Made by a program: the position numbers and the translations under genes
NCBI GenBank assembly: GCA_964510885.1
Contig: CAZEDL010000001.1
Coordinates: 64,684-128,683, forward strand
Reading direction: 5' to 3'
From: an uncultured Gammaproteobacteria bacterium
GTDB taxonomy: Bacteria > Patescibacteriota > Patescibacteriia > Magasanikbacterales > GWA2-37-8
DNA: 64,000 nucleotides
In this document: in pieces, positions 25,954-35,482 of the stretch
Numbering within the stretch: position 1 is the stretch's first letter
How the letters are laid out: the number at the start of each line of letters is the position of its first letter
Notes under the pieces: model-generated
What the model saw: only the letters and a program-made list of their open reading frames with translations
Told to the model about the DNA's origin: nothing
Databases searched by the model: none

Positions 25954-27903
25954 ATGCTGCAGTCACTGTTCAAACAGCCTTTTTTTTCTTCACGCGGCGC
26001 GCGTCTTATTACCCTGCTATACACAGCGCTCGTTGCTATTAGTTATGATGTGTTATTCTGGAATAAGACCTATGGACTGAACGTGCTAATTTTTGCGGCG
26101 TTCAGTGTCGCGGGATGTTGCCTGCTCTTATCAGCTCGAAATATAAAAATAACTAAATGGGCCCTACTTTTCATAATCCCATTGGCCGCGTTTTCAATCG
26201 CAACTTTATTTTACAGCAATGAACTGCTCAGCACGTTTAGTCTATTCGCGGTTATTGTGTCGTTATTAGCTTTTGGGTTAATTTCCAGCCTGATCCCGAA
26301 CGGACAACCATTTCGAATTCTCTCTATTCCTTTTTTGCGCCAGCCAGATCAGCCGTTTGAAGAGTGGGGTGCAATGTACCGTGATCTGTTACGGCCTTCC
26401 GAAACAGATTCCAAGCCAATTTATCGTCAAATTGTTTGGGGTCTCCTGATTGCTGTGCCGTTACTGGCTATTTTTACAGCTCTGTTTGCGTCTGCTGATG
26501 CCGTGTTCAGCGGCTGGATTGCCAATATAACGCATTTCAAAATTGATGCCAGCCTGCTTTGGCGTATAGTCCGCACGCTGGGCGTAGCCTGGTTTTTAGG
26601 CGGGGCACTATACGTAGCTTTTCGGCCGACCTATTCACTGGCTACACCGCTCAAAGGAACCAAGCCGCTTGAGGCAGTTGTCTCAGGTATCGTTTTACTG
26701 CTTATTAATTTATTATTCCTTGCTTTCATCAGTATCCAGCTCCGCTATTTATTTGGTGACTCAACCTTTGTATTGCAAAACAATCTCACATTTGCGGAAT
26801 ATGCGCGCCAAGGTTTTTTCCAATTAGTGGCAGTAATGAGCCTCTCAACCCTGCTTATTTTAGCCGCCAATCGTTCCTACTCGCACCATGGGCGTCCGGT
26901 CTGGTTGGCAGCACTCAAGCTTTTGCTCCTTTCTCAGGTAGTAGTAATTGGTATCTCCGCTCTAAAGCGTATGCACCTCTATCAGGAAGCCTACGGTTTT
27001 ACCGTGCTGCGCCTATATGTAGAATGGTTTATTTATTTCCTATTCATTGCTGCGGCAGTAATTGCTATGGCGGTCATGGTACGAAAAATTTCCTTTGCCC
27101 GCTTAGTGCACGCCCTATTAGCACTGAGCATTCTGGCAGTAGTCGAGGTATCACTGGCAAATGTTGATGGACTGATTGCTGCTCAGAATGTTAATCGTTT
27201 TCTTAAAGAGAATAAATCAATTGACACATCGTACTTACGGCAATTATCACTAGATGTCGTGCCGAGCAGCTTGCAAGTTCTTAATGATAGCGGCAAACTT
27301 GCCACACTTGATTTGCGAGACAAAGCTAATCTCTATGAAATTATAAAACAGGCTGAAGAAAAACTGGTAAAGCGCACGAACTGGCGCGAATACCACACCG
27401 GTGACGCTGCACTTCTAAATCAAATAGCCATCGCTAAAAAAAATCCAGCCTTTAATATTTTGCAAGCAGCAGCTGATAAACAAATAGACTTTAATAAAAT
27501 TAAAAACAAATTATTAACCTACGAAAACCAAGTTTTATCTCTCTGTAAAGAGCTCGGCGTAGATGGAATCGTATTTGATGCTAATTCTAACTCCTGTATC
27601 TATACCTATCCTGATCAAAAGATACATCTATTCGAAACTGCTGGTACTTCTAATAGTGCAAACCAACCAATTACCACATACCACTACTCAATTTACCAAA
27701 GATTCTTTAATAACAAGCCAGCCGTTAAATTATTTGAACAAACCTTTGTTCAAGAAGCTGTAATGTCTAGTACCACCTTTAATTATATACTAGAGCGCAA
27801 CGGCAACGTTGCCGCAATCAATCCTCAAACGCTCGAGGCCTACGAATATTCACCGCACGAGGATAATGGTAAAATTATTTTAGTTAAAAATCTGTTGCAA
27901 TAG
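25954..27903 (+). CDS. DUF4153/DUF4173-like polytopic membrane protein with a soluble C-terminal extension
   Basis: LFASADAVF, QLRYLFG, AEYARQGFFQL, SALKRMHLYQEAYGFTVLR. Confidence 0.75.
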   Translation: MLQSLFKQPFFSSRGARLITLLYTALVAISYDVLFWNKTYGLNVLIFAAFSVAGCCLLLSARNIKITKWALLFIIPLAAFSIATLFYSNELLSTFSLFAVIVSLLAFGLISSLIPNGQPFRILSIPFLRQPDQPFEEWGAMYRDLLRPSETDSKPIYRQIVWGLLIAVPLLAIFTALFASADAVFSGWIANITHFKIDASLLWRIVRTLGVAWFLGGALYVAFRPTYSLATPLKGTKPLEAVVSGIVLLLINLLFLAFISIQLRYLFGDSTFVLQNNLTFAEYARQGFFQLVAVMSLSTLLILAANRSYSHHGRPVWLAALKLLLLSQVVVIGISALKRMHLYQEAYGFTVLRLYVEWFIYFLFIAAAVIAMAVMVRKISFARLVHALLALSILAVVEVSLANVDGLIAAQNVNRFLKENKSIDTSYLRQLSLDVVPSSLQVLNDSGKLATLDLRDKANLYEIIKQAEEKLVKRTNWREYHTGDAALLNQIAIAKKNPAFNILQAAADKQIDFNKIKNKLLTYENQVLSLCKELGVDGIVFDANSNSCIYTYPDQKIHLFETAGTSNSANQPITTYHYSIYQRFFNNKPAVKLFEQTFVQEAVMSSTTFNYILERNGNVAAINPQTLEAYEYSPHEDNGKIILVKNLLQ

Positions 27904-27908
27904 ATTGT

Positions 27909-29765
27909 ATGATTTCTTCCGTTCAACTTCGTCAGATGTATTTAAATTTTTTTAAAAGCAAAGGGCACGCCATTATCCCTTCAGCTTCGGTTATCCCGGA
28001 TAACGACCCAACGGTGCTGTTCACCACCGCCGGCATGCACCCATTAGTCCCATATCTCATGGGCCAAAAGCACCCGGCCGGCAGCCGTCTCGTGAATGCG
28101 CAAAAGTGTATCCGTACTCAGGATATTGATGAAGTGGGGGACAATCGCCATGACACATTTTTCGAAATGCTCGGCAACTGGTCGCTCGGTGATTATTTTA
28201 AATCAGAGGCGATTGAATGGAGCTACGAATTTTTAACTAGCCAGGAGTATCTTGGTATTGACCCGCGCAAACTTGCAGTTACGGTATTTGTCGGCGAACC
28301 TGAAAACAAAATCCCTCGCGATGAAGAAGCCGCCGCTATGTGGCGTTCTATCGGCGTACCGGATCATAAAATTGCTTTTTTACCTCGTAAAAATAATTGG
28401 TGGGGCCCAGCTGGCCAAACTGGCCCGTGCGGCCCAGACACTGAGATGTTCTATTGGATGGGCGAAGGTGAATTCCCGCCCGAAGGCAGCCACCCCGGCC
28501 AAGACGAAGACAATTGGCTCGAAATCTGGAATGACGTCTTCATGCAATACAATAAAGTTGGTGACGGCAAATATGAACCCTTGGCCCAAAAAAATGTCGA
28601 TACCGGCATGGGTCTTGAACGCACTCTCATGGTGCTTAATGGCTATGCCGATGTTTTTCAAATCGACACCTTCTGGCCGCTGATCCAAAAAATTCAAGAG
28701 ATTTCTGGTCGTGAATATATCGAAAATAAAGACGTCACCAAAGCCATGCGCATTGTGGCTGACCACCTCCGCACCGCCACCATGATCATGGGCGATAATC
28801 GCGGCATTGCCCCTGGCAATACTGACCAAGGGTATATTGTCCGCCGCCTCATCCGCCGCGCTGTGCGCTATGGCCGCACGCTTGGTATCCAAGATAATTT
28901 TGCTCAAATTATTGCTGAAGCTGTAATTGAGATATTTAAAGATGTATATCCAGAACTCCTTAAAAATAAAGATTTTGTCCTCACCGAAATGGCCCGGGAA
29001 GAAAGTAAATTCCGCAACACCGTGGAACAAGGTCTCAAAGAATTTGAAAAATTGGTTAACGGGTTCCGAATGGCGTTCGAAAAAACCGGCCAGCAGATTA
29101 CTGAAATTTCTGGCAAACACGCCTTCAAACTATACGACACCTACGGCTTTCCTCTTGAAATGACTCAAGAATTAGCTATTGAAAATGGACTGACCGTGGA
29201 TGTAAACGGCTTTGATTTGGCTTTCAAAGAACATCAGGAGAAGTCCCGCGCCGGAGCTGAACAAAAATTCGCTGGCGGGCTCGCTGATCACAGTGAAATT
29301 TCGACGCGCTATCACACGGCCACCCATTTACTGCATGCCACCCTGATAAAAATTCTCGGCCCTCATGCCACCCAGCGGGGGAGTAATATCACCCAAGAAC
29401 GCATGCGTTTTGATTTTGCGCATCCCCAAAAACTCACTCCTGAACAAGTTAAACAAGCTGAAGATCTTGTTAACGCAGCAATTGCGCGTGATTACCCAGT
29501 TAGCTGGCAAGAAATGACGTTTGAAGAGGCCAAAGCCAAAGGCGCCATCGGGCTATTTGAAGATAAATATCAAGCCAAAGTAAAAGTCTACACCGTCGGC
29601 GACACAAATGAGCTTGCCAGCGCCGATCCCACCATGCCTACCTACAGCCGCGAAGTCTGTGGCGGGCCGCATGTCGAACACACTGGCCTTATAGGCAAGT
29701 TCAAAATTACCAAAGAAGAAGCCGTTAGTGCGGGGGTACGCCGTATTAAAGCGATCGTCGAGTAA
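27909..29765 (+). CDS. alaS: Alanine--tRNA ligase (short form without the C-Ala domain)
   Basis: DPTVLFTTAGM, FFEMLGNWS, GPCGPDTE, DTGMGLER, LYDTYGFP, HTATH, CGGPHV, GVRRIKA at the C-terminus. Confidence 0.95.
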   Translation: MISSVQLRQMYLNFFKSKGHAIIPSASVIPDNDPTVLFTTAGMHPLVPYLMGQKHPAGSRLVNAQKCIRTQDIDEVGDNRHDTFFEMLGNWSLGDYFKSEAIEWSYEFLTSQEYLGIDPRKLAVTVFVGEPENKIPRDEEAAAMWRSIGVPDHKIAFLPRKNNWWGPAGQTGPCGPDTEMFYWMGEGEFPPEGSHPGQDEDNWLEIWNDVFMQYNKVGDGKYEPLAQKNVDTGMGLERTLMVLNGYADVFQIDTFWPLIQKIQEISGREYIENKDVTKAMRIVADHLRTATMIMGDNRGIAPGNTDQGYIVRRLIRRAVRYGRTLGIQDNFAQIIAEAVIEIFKDVYPELLKNKDFVLTEMAREESKFRNTVEQGLKEFEKLVNGFRMAFEKTGQQITEISGKHAFKLYDTYGFPLEMTQELAIENGLTVDVNGFDLAFKEHQEKSRAGAEQKFAGGLADHSEISTRYHTATHLLHATLIKILGPHATQRGSNITQERMRFDFAHPQKLTPEQVKQAEDLVNAAIARDYPVSWQEMTFEEAKAKGAIGLFEDKYQAKVKVYTVGDTNELASADPTMPTYSREVCGGPHVEHTGLIGKFKITKEEAVSAGVRRIKAIVE

Positions 29766-29777
29766 CCAAGCCTCTCC

Positions 29778-29860
29778 TTGTCATTCCCGCGCAGGCGGGA
29801 ATCCAGTGGTCGCTCGCCAAATTAGTAATTGCTAGATTCCCGCCTGCACGGGAATGACAA
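29778..29860. repeat. REP-like palindromic element (GTCATTCCCGCGCAGGCGGGAATC type)
   Basis: Two inverted copies of ATTCCCG-N6-CGGGAAT, bounded by TTGTCATT/AATGACAA. Confidence 0.8.
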
Positions 29861-29861
29861 T

Positions 29862-30317
29862 ATGCCAAACTTTCTTAAAAAATTTCTCCTCCAATTCTGG
29901 ACTCACCGCGATCAATTTATCCGGTATTTTACCATTGGCGTGAGTGCCTATCTTTTGGATATTGGCACCTTATACCTATTTAAGGAAAAACTACATGTGC
30001 GCGAAACCCTGGCTGTGATCATGAACCAGCCAATCATCATTATCTATGTTTTTTTACTCAACCGTTTTTGGTCTTTTAAATCGACCGGAATTGCTTATAA
30101 GCAGCTCGTGCGATTCTTTGTAGTGGCTGGTAGCAATTACCTCATTGCTACCGCCTGGATTTGGCTAATTAGTGAGCAATTAGGTGTTCAATACATCCTT
30201 GCTCGCACTGCCAACATTATCCTCGCTATCAGTTGGAACTTTTTACTCTACAAGTACTGGGTGTACCGAGTGCCCCCAGTAAGCAACCCCGAAAATAGGG
30301 GAGAAACCTCTGCCTAA
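29862..30317 (+). CDS. GtrA family membrane protein
   Basis: QFIRYFTIG, FLLNRFWSF, WNFLLYKYWVY. Confidence 0.85.
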   Translation: MPNFLKKFLLQFWTHRDQFIRYFTIGVSAYLLDIGTLYLFKEKLHVRETLAVIMNQPIIIIYVFLLNRFWSFKSTGIAYKQLVRFFVVAGSNYLIATAWIWLISEQLGVQYILARTANIILAISWNFLLYKYWVYRVPPVSNPENRGETSA

Positions 30318-30351
30318 CCACGATATGTGCATAAGTCAGACCTAAAAATCC

Positions 30352-30380
30352 TTGACGAATACCCAATTTTCCGCTACACT
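30352..30380 (+). promoter_or_regulatory. Sigma70 promoter of the infA operon
   Basis: TTGACG-17 nt-TACACT. Confidence 0.65.
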
Positions 30381-30403
30381 ATCGGCATCTTAATTTTTTT
30401 GAG

Positions 30404-30619
30404 ATGGCAAACCAAGATGTTATCGAAATAAATGGATCTATCACTGAGCTGCTTCCGGCAGGCACATTTCGTGTCACGCTCGAGAGCGGGCAGGTGATTA
30501 TTGCCCATTTATCAGGTAAAATGCGTCTCAATAAAATTCGTCTATCGCTTGGAGATCAGGTGAAAGTTGCCATGACCCCTTACGATTTGACCAAAGGAAG
30601 AATCACATTCCGTTTTTAA
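30404..30619 (+). CDS. infA: Translation initiation factor IF-1
   Basis: [26 protein letters not shown]. Confidence 0.97.
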   Translation: MANQDVIEINGSITELLPAGTFRVTLESGQVIIAHLSGKMRLNKIRLSLGDQVKVAMTPYDLTKGRITFRF

Positions 30620-30635
30620 AATCTACTATTTTAAT

Positions 30636-30737
30636 AATATCAACCAGTGCGGTGTAGCTTTGCCGGTTCGTTCCCATGATACTAGGTCCGGAACGAAAAA
30701 TGTGCAGGGCGATGATATCGCGGCAGTGGTTGGTATT
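30636..30737 (+). ncRNA. Candidate ~100-nt rod-like RNA structure between infA and rpmJ
   Basis: Four stacked helices with several G-U pairs that only form on the + strand, followed by a T run. Confidence 0.45.
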
Positions 30738-30794
30738 TTTTGTTCACTCGGATCTAATCCGTGTAATCAACACCACTTAGTATAATCTGTGTAT

Positions 30795-30908
30795 ATGAAA
30801 GTACGCGCCTCAGTAAAAAAAATTTGCAACAAATGTAAAATTGTTCGCCGCTCGGGCAAGCTCCGAGTCATTTGCGTTACCTCAAAGCACAAACAACGCC
30901 AAGGTTAA
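30795..30908 (+). CDS. rpmJ: 50S ribosomal protein L36 (not in the ORF track)
   Basis: [37 protein letters not shown]. Confidence 0.97.
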   Translation: MKVRASVKKICNKCKIVRRSGKLRVICVTSKHKQRQG

Positions 30909-30943
30909 TTTATTCGCATCTTTAATTACCACATTACACACGT

Positions 30944-31330
30944 ATGCGTATCTCCGGTATCACTCTTCCTAAGGAAAAACGGATTGTAGTAGCTCTTAAC
31001 TACCTCTACGGCATTGGCCCAAGCCTATCGAAGAAAATCTTGGCTATGGCCAAAATCGACGAAAGCATTCGCACCAAAAATCTGACCAACGAACAGGAAG
31101 ATTTGCTGCGCTCGATTATTGAAAAAACCTACAAAACCGAAGGCGACCTGCGCCGCGAAGTTCAGGCCAACATCAAGCGCCTCAAAGATATTAAAGCTTT
31201 CCGTGGTATTCGCCATATGAAACACTTGCCTGTTCGCGGTCAGCGCACCAAAACCAATTCCCGCACCGTCCGCGGCAATGTCCGCAAGACCATGGGCAGC
31301 GGCCGCAAAGAAACCGGCCAGAAGACATAA
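30944..31330 (+). CDS. rpsM: 30S ribosomal protein S13
   Basis: YGIGPS, EGDLRREV, LPVRGQRTKTNSRT. Confidence 0.97.
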   Translation: MRISGITLPKEKRIVVALNYLYGIGPSLSKKILAMAKIDESIRTKNLTNEQEDLLRSIIEKTYKTEGDLRREVQANIKRLKDIKAFRGIRHMKHLPVRGQRTKTNSRTVRGNVRKTMGSGRKETGQKT

Positions 31331-31367
31331 CCTTACTTCCTAGCTACTCCTCGATAATTCCTTTCGT

Positions 31368-31808
31368 ATGACCGAAGATATCAAAAAAACTTCTGCTGCC
31401 GCCGCTGCTAAAGCCGACAGCGGCAAAGTAGTAAAAGCCAAAAAGAAAAAAATCGTAAAGCAAGTTCCGCGTGGCAGTGCCTATATCCAGGCTTCGTACA
31501 ACAACACCATCATCAGTATCACTGATCCAAATGGCAACGTGCTTGGCTGGTCTTCTGCTGGTGGCCATGGTTTTAAAGGCCCGAAAAAAGCTACCCCGTA
31601 TGCGGCCAGTGTGGTAGTAAAAGAACTCCTTACCAAAATCGCTGACTACGGCCTGCGTGAAGTGAATGTCTTCATCAAAGGCATTGGTGGCGGCCGCGAA
31701 AGTGCTATCCGCGCCTTGCATATCAATGGACTTAACGTGCTGGCTATCACCGACACCACTCCGATCCCGCACAATGGTTGCCGCCCACCGAAACGCCGCC
31801 GCGTCTAA
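31368..31808 (+). CDS. rpsK: 30S ribosomal protein S11
   Basis: ASYNNTI, GFKGPKKATPYAA, TPIPHNGCRPPKRRRV. Confidence 0.97.
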   Translation: MTEDIKKTSAAAAAKADSGKVVKAKKKKIVKQVPRGSAYIQASYNNTIISITDPNGNVLGWSSAGGHGFKGPKKATPYAASVVVKELLTKIADYGLREVNVFIKGIGGGRESAIRALHINGLNVLAITDTTPIPHNGCRPPKRRRV

Positions 31809-31846
31809 TCTTTATACTACTTACTTTACCCTGAAGACTTACGAAT

Positions 31847-32458
31847 ATGGCCCGTAATTTAGAACCAAAACACAAAATGTGCCGCAAATTCGGCGAGAAG
31901 CTCTGCGACTCTCCGAAATGTCCGGTCACCCGCCGCAGCTACCCACCAGGGCAGCATGGCCCAAACCAGAAAGGTCACAAAAAGATCTCTGGCTATGGCC
32001 GTCAGCTCCGCGAAAAACAGAAAGTAAAAAAAATCTACGGCATTCTGGAACGCCAGTTCAGCAACTATGTGGCTGAAGCTGCTAAAAAGACCGGTGACAC
32101 CAGTAAATTTTTGGTCACCTATCTTGAATCCCGCCTTGACAACGTCGTATACCGCATGGGTATTGCCAAGTCTCGCCGCGCCGCTCGTCAGCTAGTCAGC
32201 CATGGTCATATTGCAGTGAACGGCAAAAAACTCACCATCCCGTCTTACCGCGTTCGCGTCGGTGAATCCATCGGTGTGCGCGAAGAAGCTCGCAAGAAAA
32301 CCATTTTTGCCCCCCTCGCCGAAGCACTGGCCAAAGTTGAAACTCCGGCGTGGCTTAGTATCGAACCAAAAACCTTAACGGGTAAAGTCCTTAATTCCCC
32401 CATAGTAGATAATCTTCACTTTGACGCCAAGTCAATCATTGAGTTTTACTCTCGTTAA
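31847..32458 (+). CDS. rpsD: 30S ribosomal protein S4
   Basis: PPGQHG, QLREKQK, LESRLDNVVYR, ARQLVSHGH, IIEFYSR. Confidence 0.97.
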   Translation: MARNLEPKHKMCRKFGEKLCDSPKCPVTRRSYPPGQHGPNQKGHKKISGYGRQLREKQKVKKIYGILERQFSNYVAEAAKKTGDTSKFLVTYLESRLDNVVYRMGIAKSRRAARQLVSHGHIAVNGKKLTIPSYRVRVGESIGVREEARKKTIFAPLAEALAKVETPAWLSIEPKTLTGKVLNSPIVDNLHFDAKSIIEFYSR

Positions 32459-32524
32459 TTTCTGCCCTTATTTTGGCAGAGCCGAGTCCGCACTCTGTGG
32501 ACCGGATAAACTACTTCACACACT

Positions 32525-33343
32525 ATGGAAAATTTTCTTCTCCCCGCCAAAGTCGAGTTCCAGCCAGGTGCTACTGCTCATTCTGGTTCGGTGACCATCA
32601 TGCCATGTTACCATGGCTATGGCACCACCCTTGGCAACGCTCTGCGCCGTGTTTTACTGTCTTCGCTCCCAGGCTCAGCCGTTGAATATTTCAAAATCAA
32701 AGGTGTGCAGCATGAATTTTCGACCATCGAAGGCGTCAAAGAAGACGTAATGGAAATCATGCTTAATTTGAAACAGCTCTCAGTTGCGGTATTTTCCGAC
32801 GAACCAGTGACGCTTCACCTGACCAAAAAAGGCCCAGGCGTTGTTACTGCCGCTGATATCGAATCCAATTCAAGCATTGACATCATCAACAAAAATTTGG
32901 TCATCGCCAACCTCACCGGCACCAAGACTCTTGAAATGGACATTATTGTTGGCAAAGGCCGCGGGTACAAACCAGTTGAAGAAAAAAATAAACAGAACTA
33001 TGACCTTGGCACAATCGTCATGGACTCTGTCTATACTCCGGTAAAAGATGTCGGGTATAAAGTTGAATACACTCGCGTTGGCGACATCACCAACTACGAA
33101 AAACTTTCTATTGCTATCGAAACCAACGGCACCATTTCCCCAGAAGAAGCCCTTCGCCAGAGCACCGAAATTTTGATGAACCACTTCACCATTATTCTTG
33201 ATGGTATCAAAGCTGCTCCAGCCGCTGAAATGACCATGCCAGCCGAAGAAGCCAAAGAGGAAGAAGCGACCGAAACTGATGAAGCAGCCAGCGAAGAAGA
33301 GGCAGAACCGAAAGCCAAAGCCAAAAAAGCTAAAAAGAAATAA
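32525..33343 (+). CDS. rpoA: RNA polymerase alpha subunit, lacking the C-terminal domain
   Basis: GYGTTLGNALRRVLLSSLPG, HEFSTIEGVKED, GRGY, IETNGTISP; ends in an Ala/Glu/Lys tail. Confidence 0.95.
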   Translation: MENFLLPAKVEFQPGATAHSGSVTIMPCYHGYGTTLGNALRRVLLSSLPGSAVEYFKIKGVQHEFSTIEGVKEDVMEIMLNLKQLSVAVFSDEPVTLHLTKKGPGVVTAADIESNSSIDIINKNLVIANLTGTKTLEMDIIVGKGRGYKPVEEKNKQNYDLGTIVMDSVYTPVKDVGYKVEYTRVGDITNYEKLSIAIETNGTISPEEALRQSTEILMNHFTIILDGIKAAPAAEMTMPAEEAKEEEATETDEAASEEEAEPKAKAKKAKKK

Positions 33344-33366
33344 TTACCGCATTTAATGATTAAGGT

Positions 33367-33717
33367 ATGAGACACCAAAAAAAGAAAGTAACGCTTGATC
33401 GAAAAACAGCCTCCCGCAAAGCCCTTCTCACTGGCCTCGCCGAGAGTTTGATTTTGTACGAAAAAATCGTTACCACGAAAGCCAAAGCCAAAGCCACCCG
33501 CTCGCTCGTAGAACGTCTGATTACCAAAGCGAAGCCGGCGACTCTTGCAGCCCGCCGCCAGGTAATCCCAGTTCTACACACCGAGAACGCGGTCAAAAAG
33601 TTAATGACCGAACTTGGCCCGCGCTATGCCACCCGCCCCGGTGGGTATACGCGCATCACCGCCCTTAAAAATCGCAAAGGCGATGGCGCTGAAGAGGTAG
33701 TACTAGAACTTGTCTAA
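33367..33717 (+). CDS. rplQ: 50S ribosomal protein L17
   Basis: MRH, IVTTKAKAK, RPGGYTRI, RKGDGA. Confidence 0.97.
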   Translation: MRHQKKKVTLDRKTASRKALLTGLAESLILYEKIVTTKAKAKATRSLVERLITKAKPATLAARRQVIPVLHTENAVKKLMTELGPRYATRPGGYTRITALKNRKGDGAEEVVLELV

Positions 33718-33727
33718 TATTTAGCAG

Positions 33728-33798
33728 TAATTAGTAAGAATTATTAGTTGCACTCAATCATTCATCAGCTAATTACTAATTACCCATTACTAATTACT
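33728..33798. repeat. Heptamer-repeat palindrome between rplQ and rplM
   Basis: AGTAATT AGTAAGA ... AATTACT AATTACC CATTACT AATTACT. Confidence 0.65.
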
Positions 33799-33807
33799 CA
33801 TAAAGGT

Positions 33808-34164
33808 ATGTCACGTATTAAACGCACCAAATATGTCCTCGACGCGACCCGCCAAAGCCCGGGGCGCATTGCTACCAAAATCGCTACGATTTTGATTGGC
33901 AAGCACAAAGTCAGCTACTCCACCCACCTCGACAATGGTGACAAGGTGGTGGTTGAAAATGCCGACAAAATTACGTTTACCGGTAAAAAACTGGATCAAA
34001 AAGATTATAAACACCACACTATGCATCCGGGTGGTTTGAAAGTTAAGCCTGCCAAGACCTTGCTCAAAGAAAGCCCGGCCGAAGTTATCCGCCATGCGGT
34101 AGTCAAAATGTTACCTAAAAACAAACTGCGCGAAGCCCGCCTGCGCCGGTTAACGTTTAAATAA
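33808..34164 (+). CDS. rplM: 50S ribosomal protein L13
   Basis: LDA, GRIAT, GKHK, GDKVVVENA, HPGGLK, MLPKNKL. Confidence 0.95.
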   Translation: MSRIKRTKYVLDATRQSPGRIATKIATILIGKHKVSYSTHLDNGDKVVVENADKITFTGKKLDQKDYKHHTMHPGGLKVKPAKTLLKESPAEVIRHAVVKMLPKNKLREARLRRLTFK

Positions 34165-34173
34165 TCCTCTGTT

Positions 34174-34581
34174 ATGACCAAAATCAACGCCAAAGATACC
34201 AAAATCCGCAGCGTCGGCCGCCGCAAATCAGCCGCAGCCCGCGTCCGCATCGACCAGGGGACTGGTGTAATCACCGTCAACGGCATGCCGCTTGAAAAGT
34301 ATTTTCCATACAAAGAATGGCAGGAAATCGTAATGGCCCCGCTCAAAGCTGTGTCCAAAGAAAAGAACACCGACGTATCGGTTAAAACCGACGGCGGCGG
34401 CAAAAAAGGCCAGGCTACAGCCATCCAACTCGGCATCGCCCGCGCCCTCGTGCAATTCAACGAAGACTTCAAAAAAACCCTCAAATCCCTCGGCGTACTC
34501 ACCCGCGACGCACGCGTCAAAGAACGCAAGAAACCGGGTCTTAAGAAAGCTCGTCGTGCACCGCAGTGGAGCAAACGTTAA
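34174..34581 (+). CDS. rpsI: 30S ribosomal protein S9
   Basis: GRRKSA, GGGKKGQA, LTRDARVKERKKPGLKKARRAPQWSKR. Confidence 0.97.
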   Translation: MTKINAKDTKIRSVGRRKSAAARVRIDQGTGVITVNGMPLEKYFPYKEWQEIVMAPLKAVSKEKNTDVSVKTDGGGKKGQATAIQLGIARALVQFNEDFKKTLKSLGVLTRDARVKERKKPGLKKARRAPQWSKR

Positions 34582-34595
34582 ACTCGAGTTGCAAC

Positions 34596-34620
34596 AAAAG
34601 CGCCTTTATGGCGCTTTTTT
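34596..34620 (+). terminator. Terminator of the ribosomal protein cluster
   Basis: AAAAGCGCC-TTTAT-GGCGCTTTTT. Confidence 0.75.
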
Positions 34621-34718
34621 GTTTTAAAAACTTGCTGCAAAACACGGCAGACAGGTGAGATAGGAAAATAAAATTTAGGGTTGATTTTAAGGGGAAAGCA
34701 TAGTACTTTAGGGGTACT

Positions 34719-34859
34719 ATGGAAGACCCCAAACAACCCAAAAAAAAAGTTCCCGAAGGAGGTTACAGACCGAAAGGCCAACCTATTGATTTTTTGCTAC
34801 TGAAAAAAATTGTTGAGTCTATTATTCAGGAGGAGGACGAAGATGACGACGATGACTAA
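34719..34859 (+). CDS. 46-aa putative antitoxin with a poly-acidic tail (not in the ORF track)
   Basis: Read by hand: MEDPKQPKKKVPEGGYRPKGQPIDFLLLKKIVESIIQEEDEDDDDD; stops 2 nt before the PIN gene. Confidence 0.55.
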   Translation: MEDPKQPKKKVPEGGYRPKGQPIDFLLLKKIVESIIQEEDEDDDDD

Positions 34860-34861
34860 TT

Positions 34862-35404
34862 ATGTTGGATTCTTCCTTGATAGAAAAAATTAAGGGCAAG
34901 CATGTTCTTCTAGATACTTGCGCCTTGAGTTTTGTCCAGAACAGTATTTTTGAGCAGCACACAGAGGATCTTTTTAATGAAATTTTCCAGCTACACTGCC
35001 CTATAGTCACTAATGAGCTGATAAAAATTGAGTTTCTAAGAGATTCTAAATCATTGTCACAGGCGAGAAAAAAAGACTCTTTAATTGAAGCGCTGTGCGA
35101 AGCAGCCATTCCAATTAGGAGCGAACAAAATTTGTTCAAGGAAGCGGTTGAAATTTCTAACATCTATCAATATAGAGGAGTTAAAGGAGTGGAATTGGTA
35201 GATCTTTTAACATCAAGCTTTTTAAAATTATATTCAAGTAATCTCGTTTTATTTACCGAAAACCACAAAGATTTTCCGCTCTTAATCCACGATCGTTTGG
35301 GTACGGTAACTTTAGATAAAAAACAGGAAATCTCGACCTTCAGTTTTTATAGTTTTAATTATAAAAACTTTCAAGAATGTCAAAAAAGGTTTCCTGTAAA
35401 ATAA
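34862..35404 (+). CDS. PIN-domain (VapC-like) ribonuclease
   Basis: VLLDTC, IKIEFLR, ELVDLL, LFTENHKDF acidic-residue pattern. Confidence 0.8.
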   Translation: MLDSSLIEKIKGKHVLLDTCALSFVQNSIFEQHTEDLFNEIFQLHCPIVTNELIKIEFLRDSKSLSQARKKDSLIEALCEAAIPIRSEQNLFKEAVEISNIYQYRGVKGVELVDLLTSSFLKLYSSNLVLFTENHKDFPLLIHDRLGTVTLDKKQEISTFSFYSFNYKNFQECQKRFPVK

Positions 35405-35482
35405 AGCCAGATTTTTAAAATGCAATTTCAGGGGTTTTTTATTTCTTTTTTCAAAATCAAGCTACAATTCAGGTCAAATTCT

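Noticed and set aside
2274-30335. DnaA-box-like 9-mers at 2274, 19030 and near 30326 as oriC
   Set aside because: Isolated single boxes with no cluster and no dnaA/dnaN nearby.
30690-30710. AGGTCCGGAACGAA resembles SRP RNA domain IV
   Set aside because: It lacks the AGCAG partner strand, and GGAA lies in a stem rather than an apical tetraloop; not called ffs.
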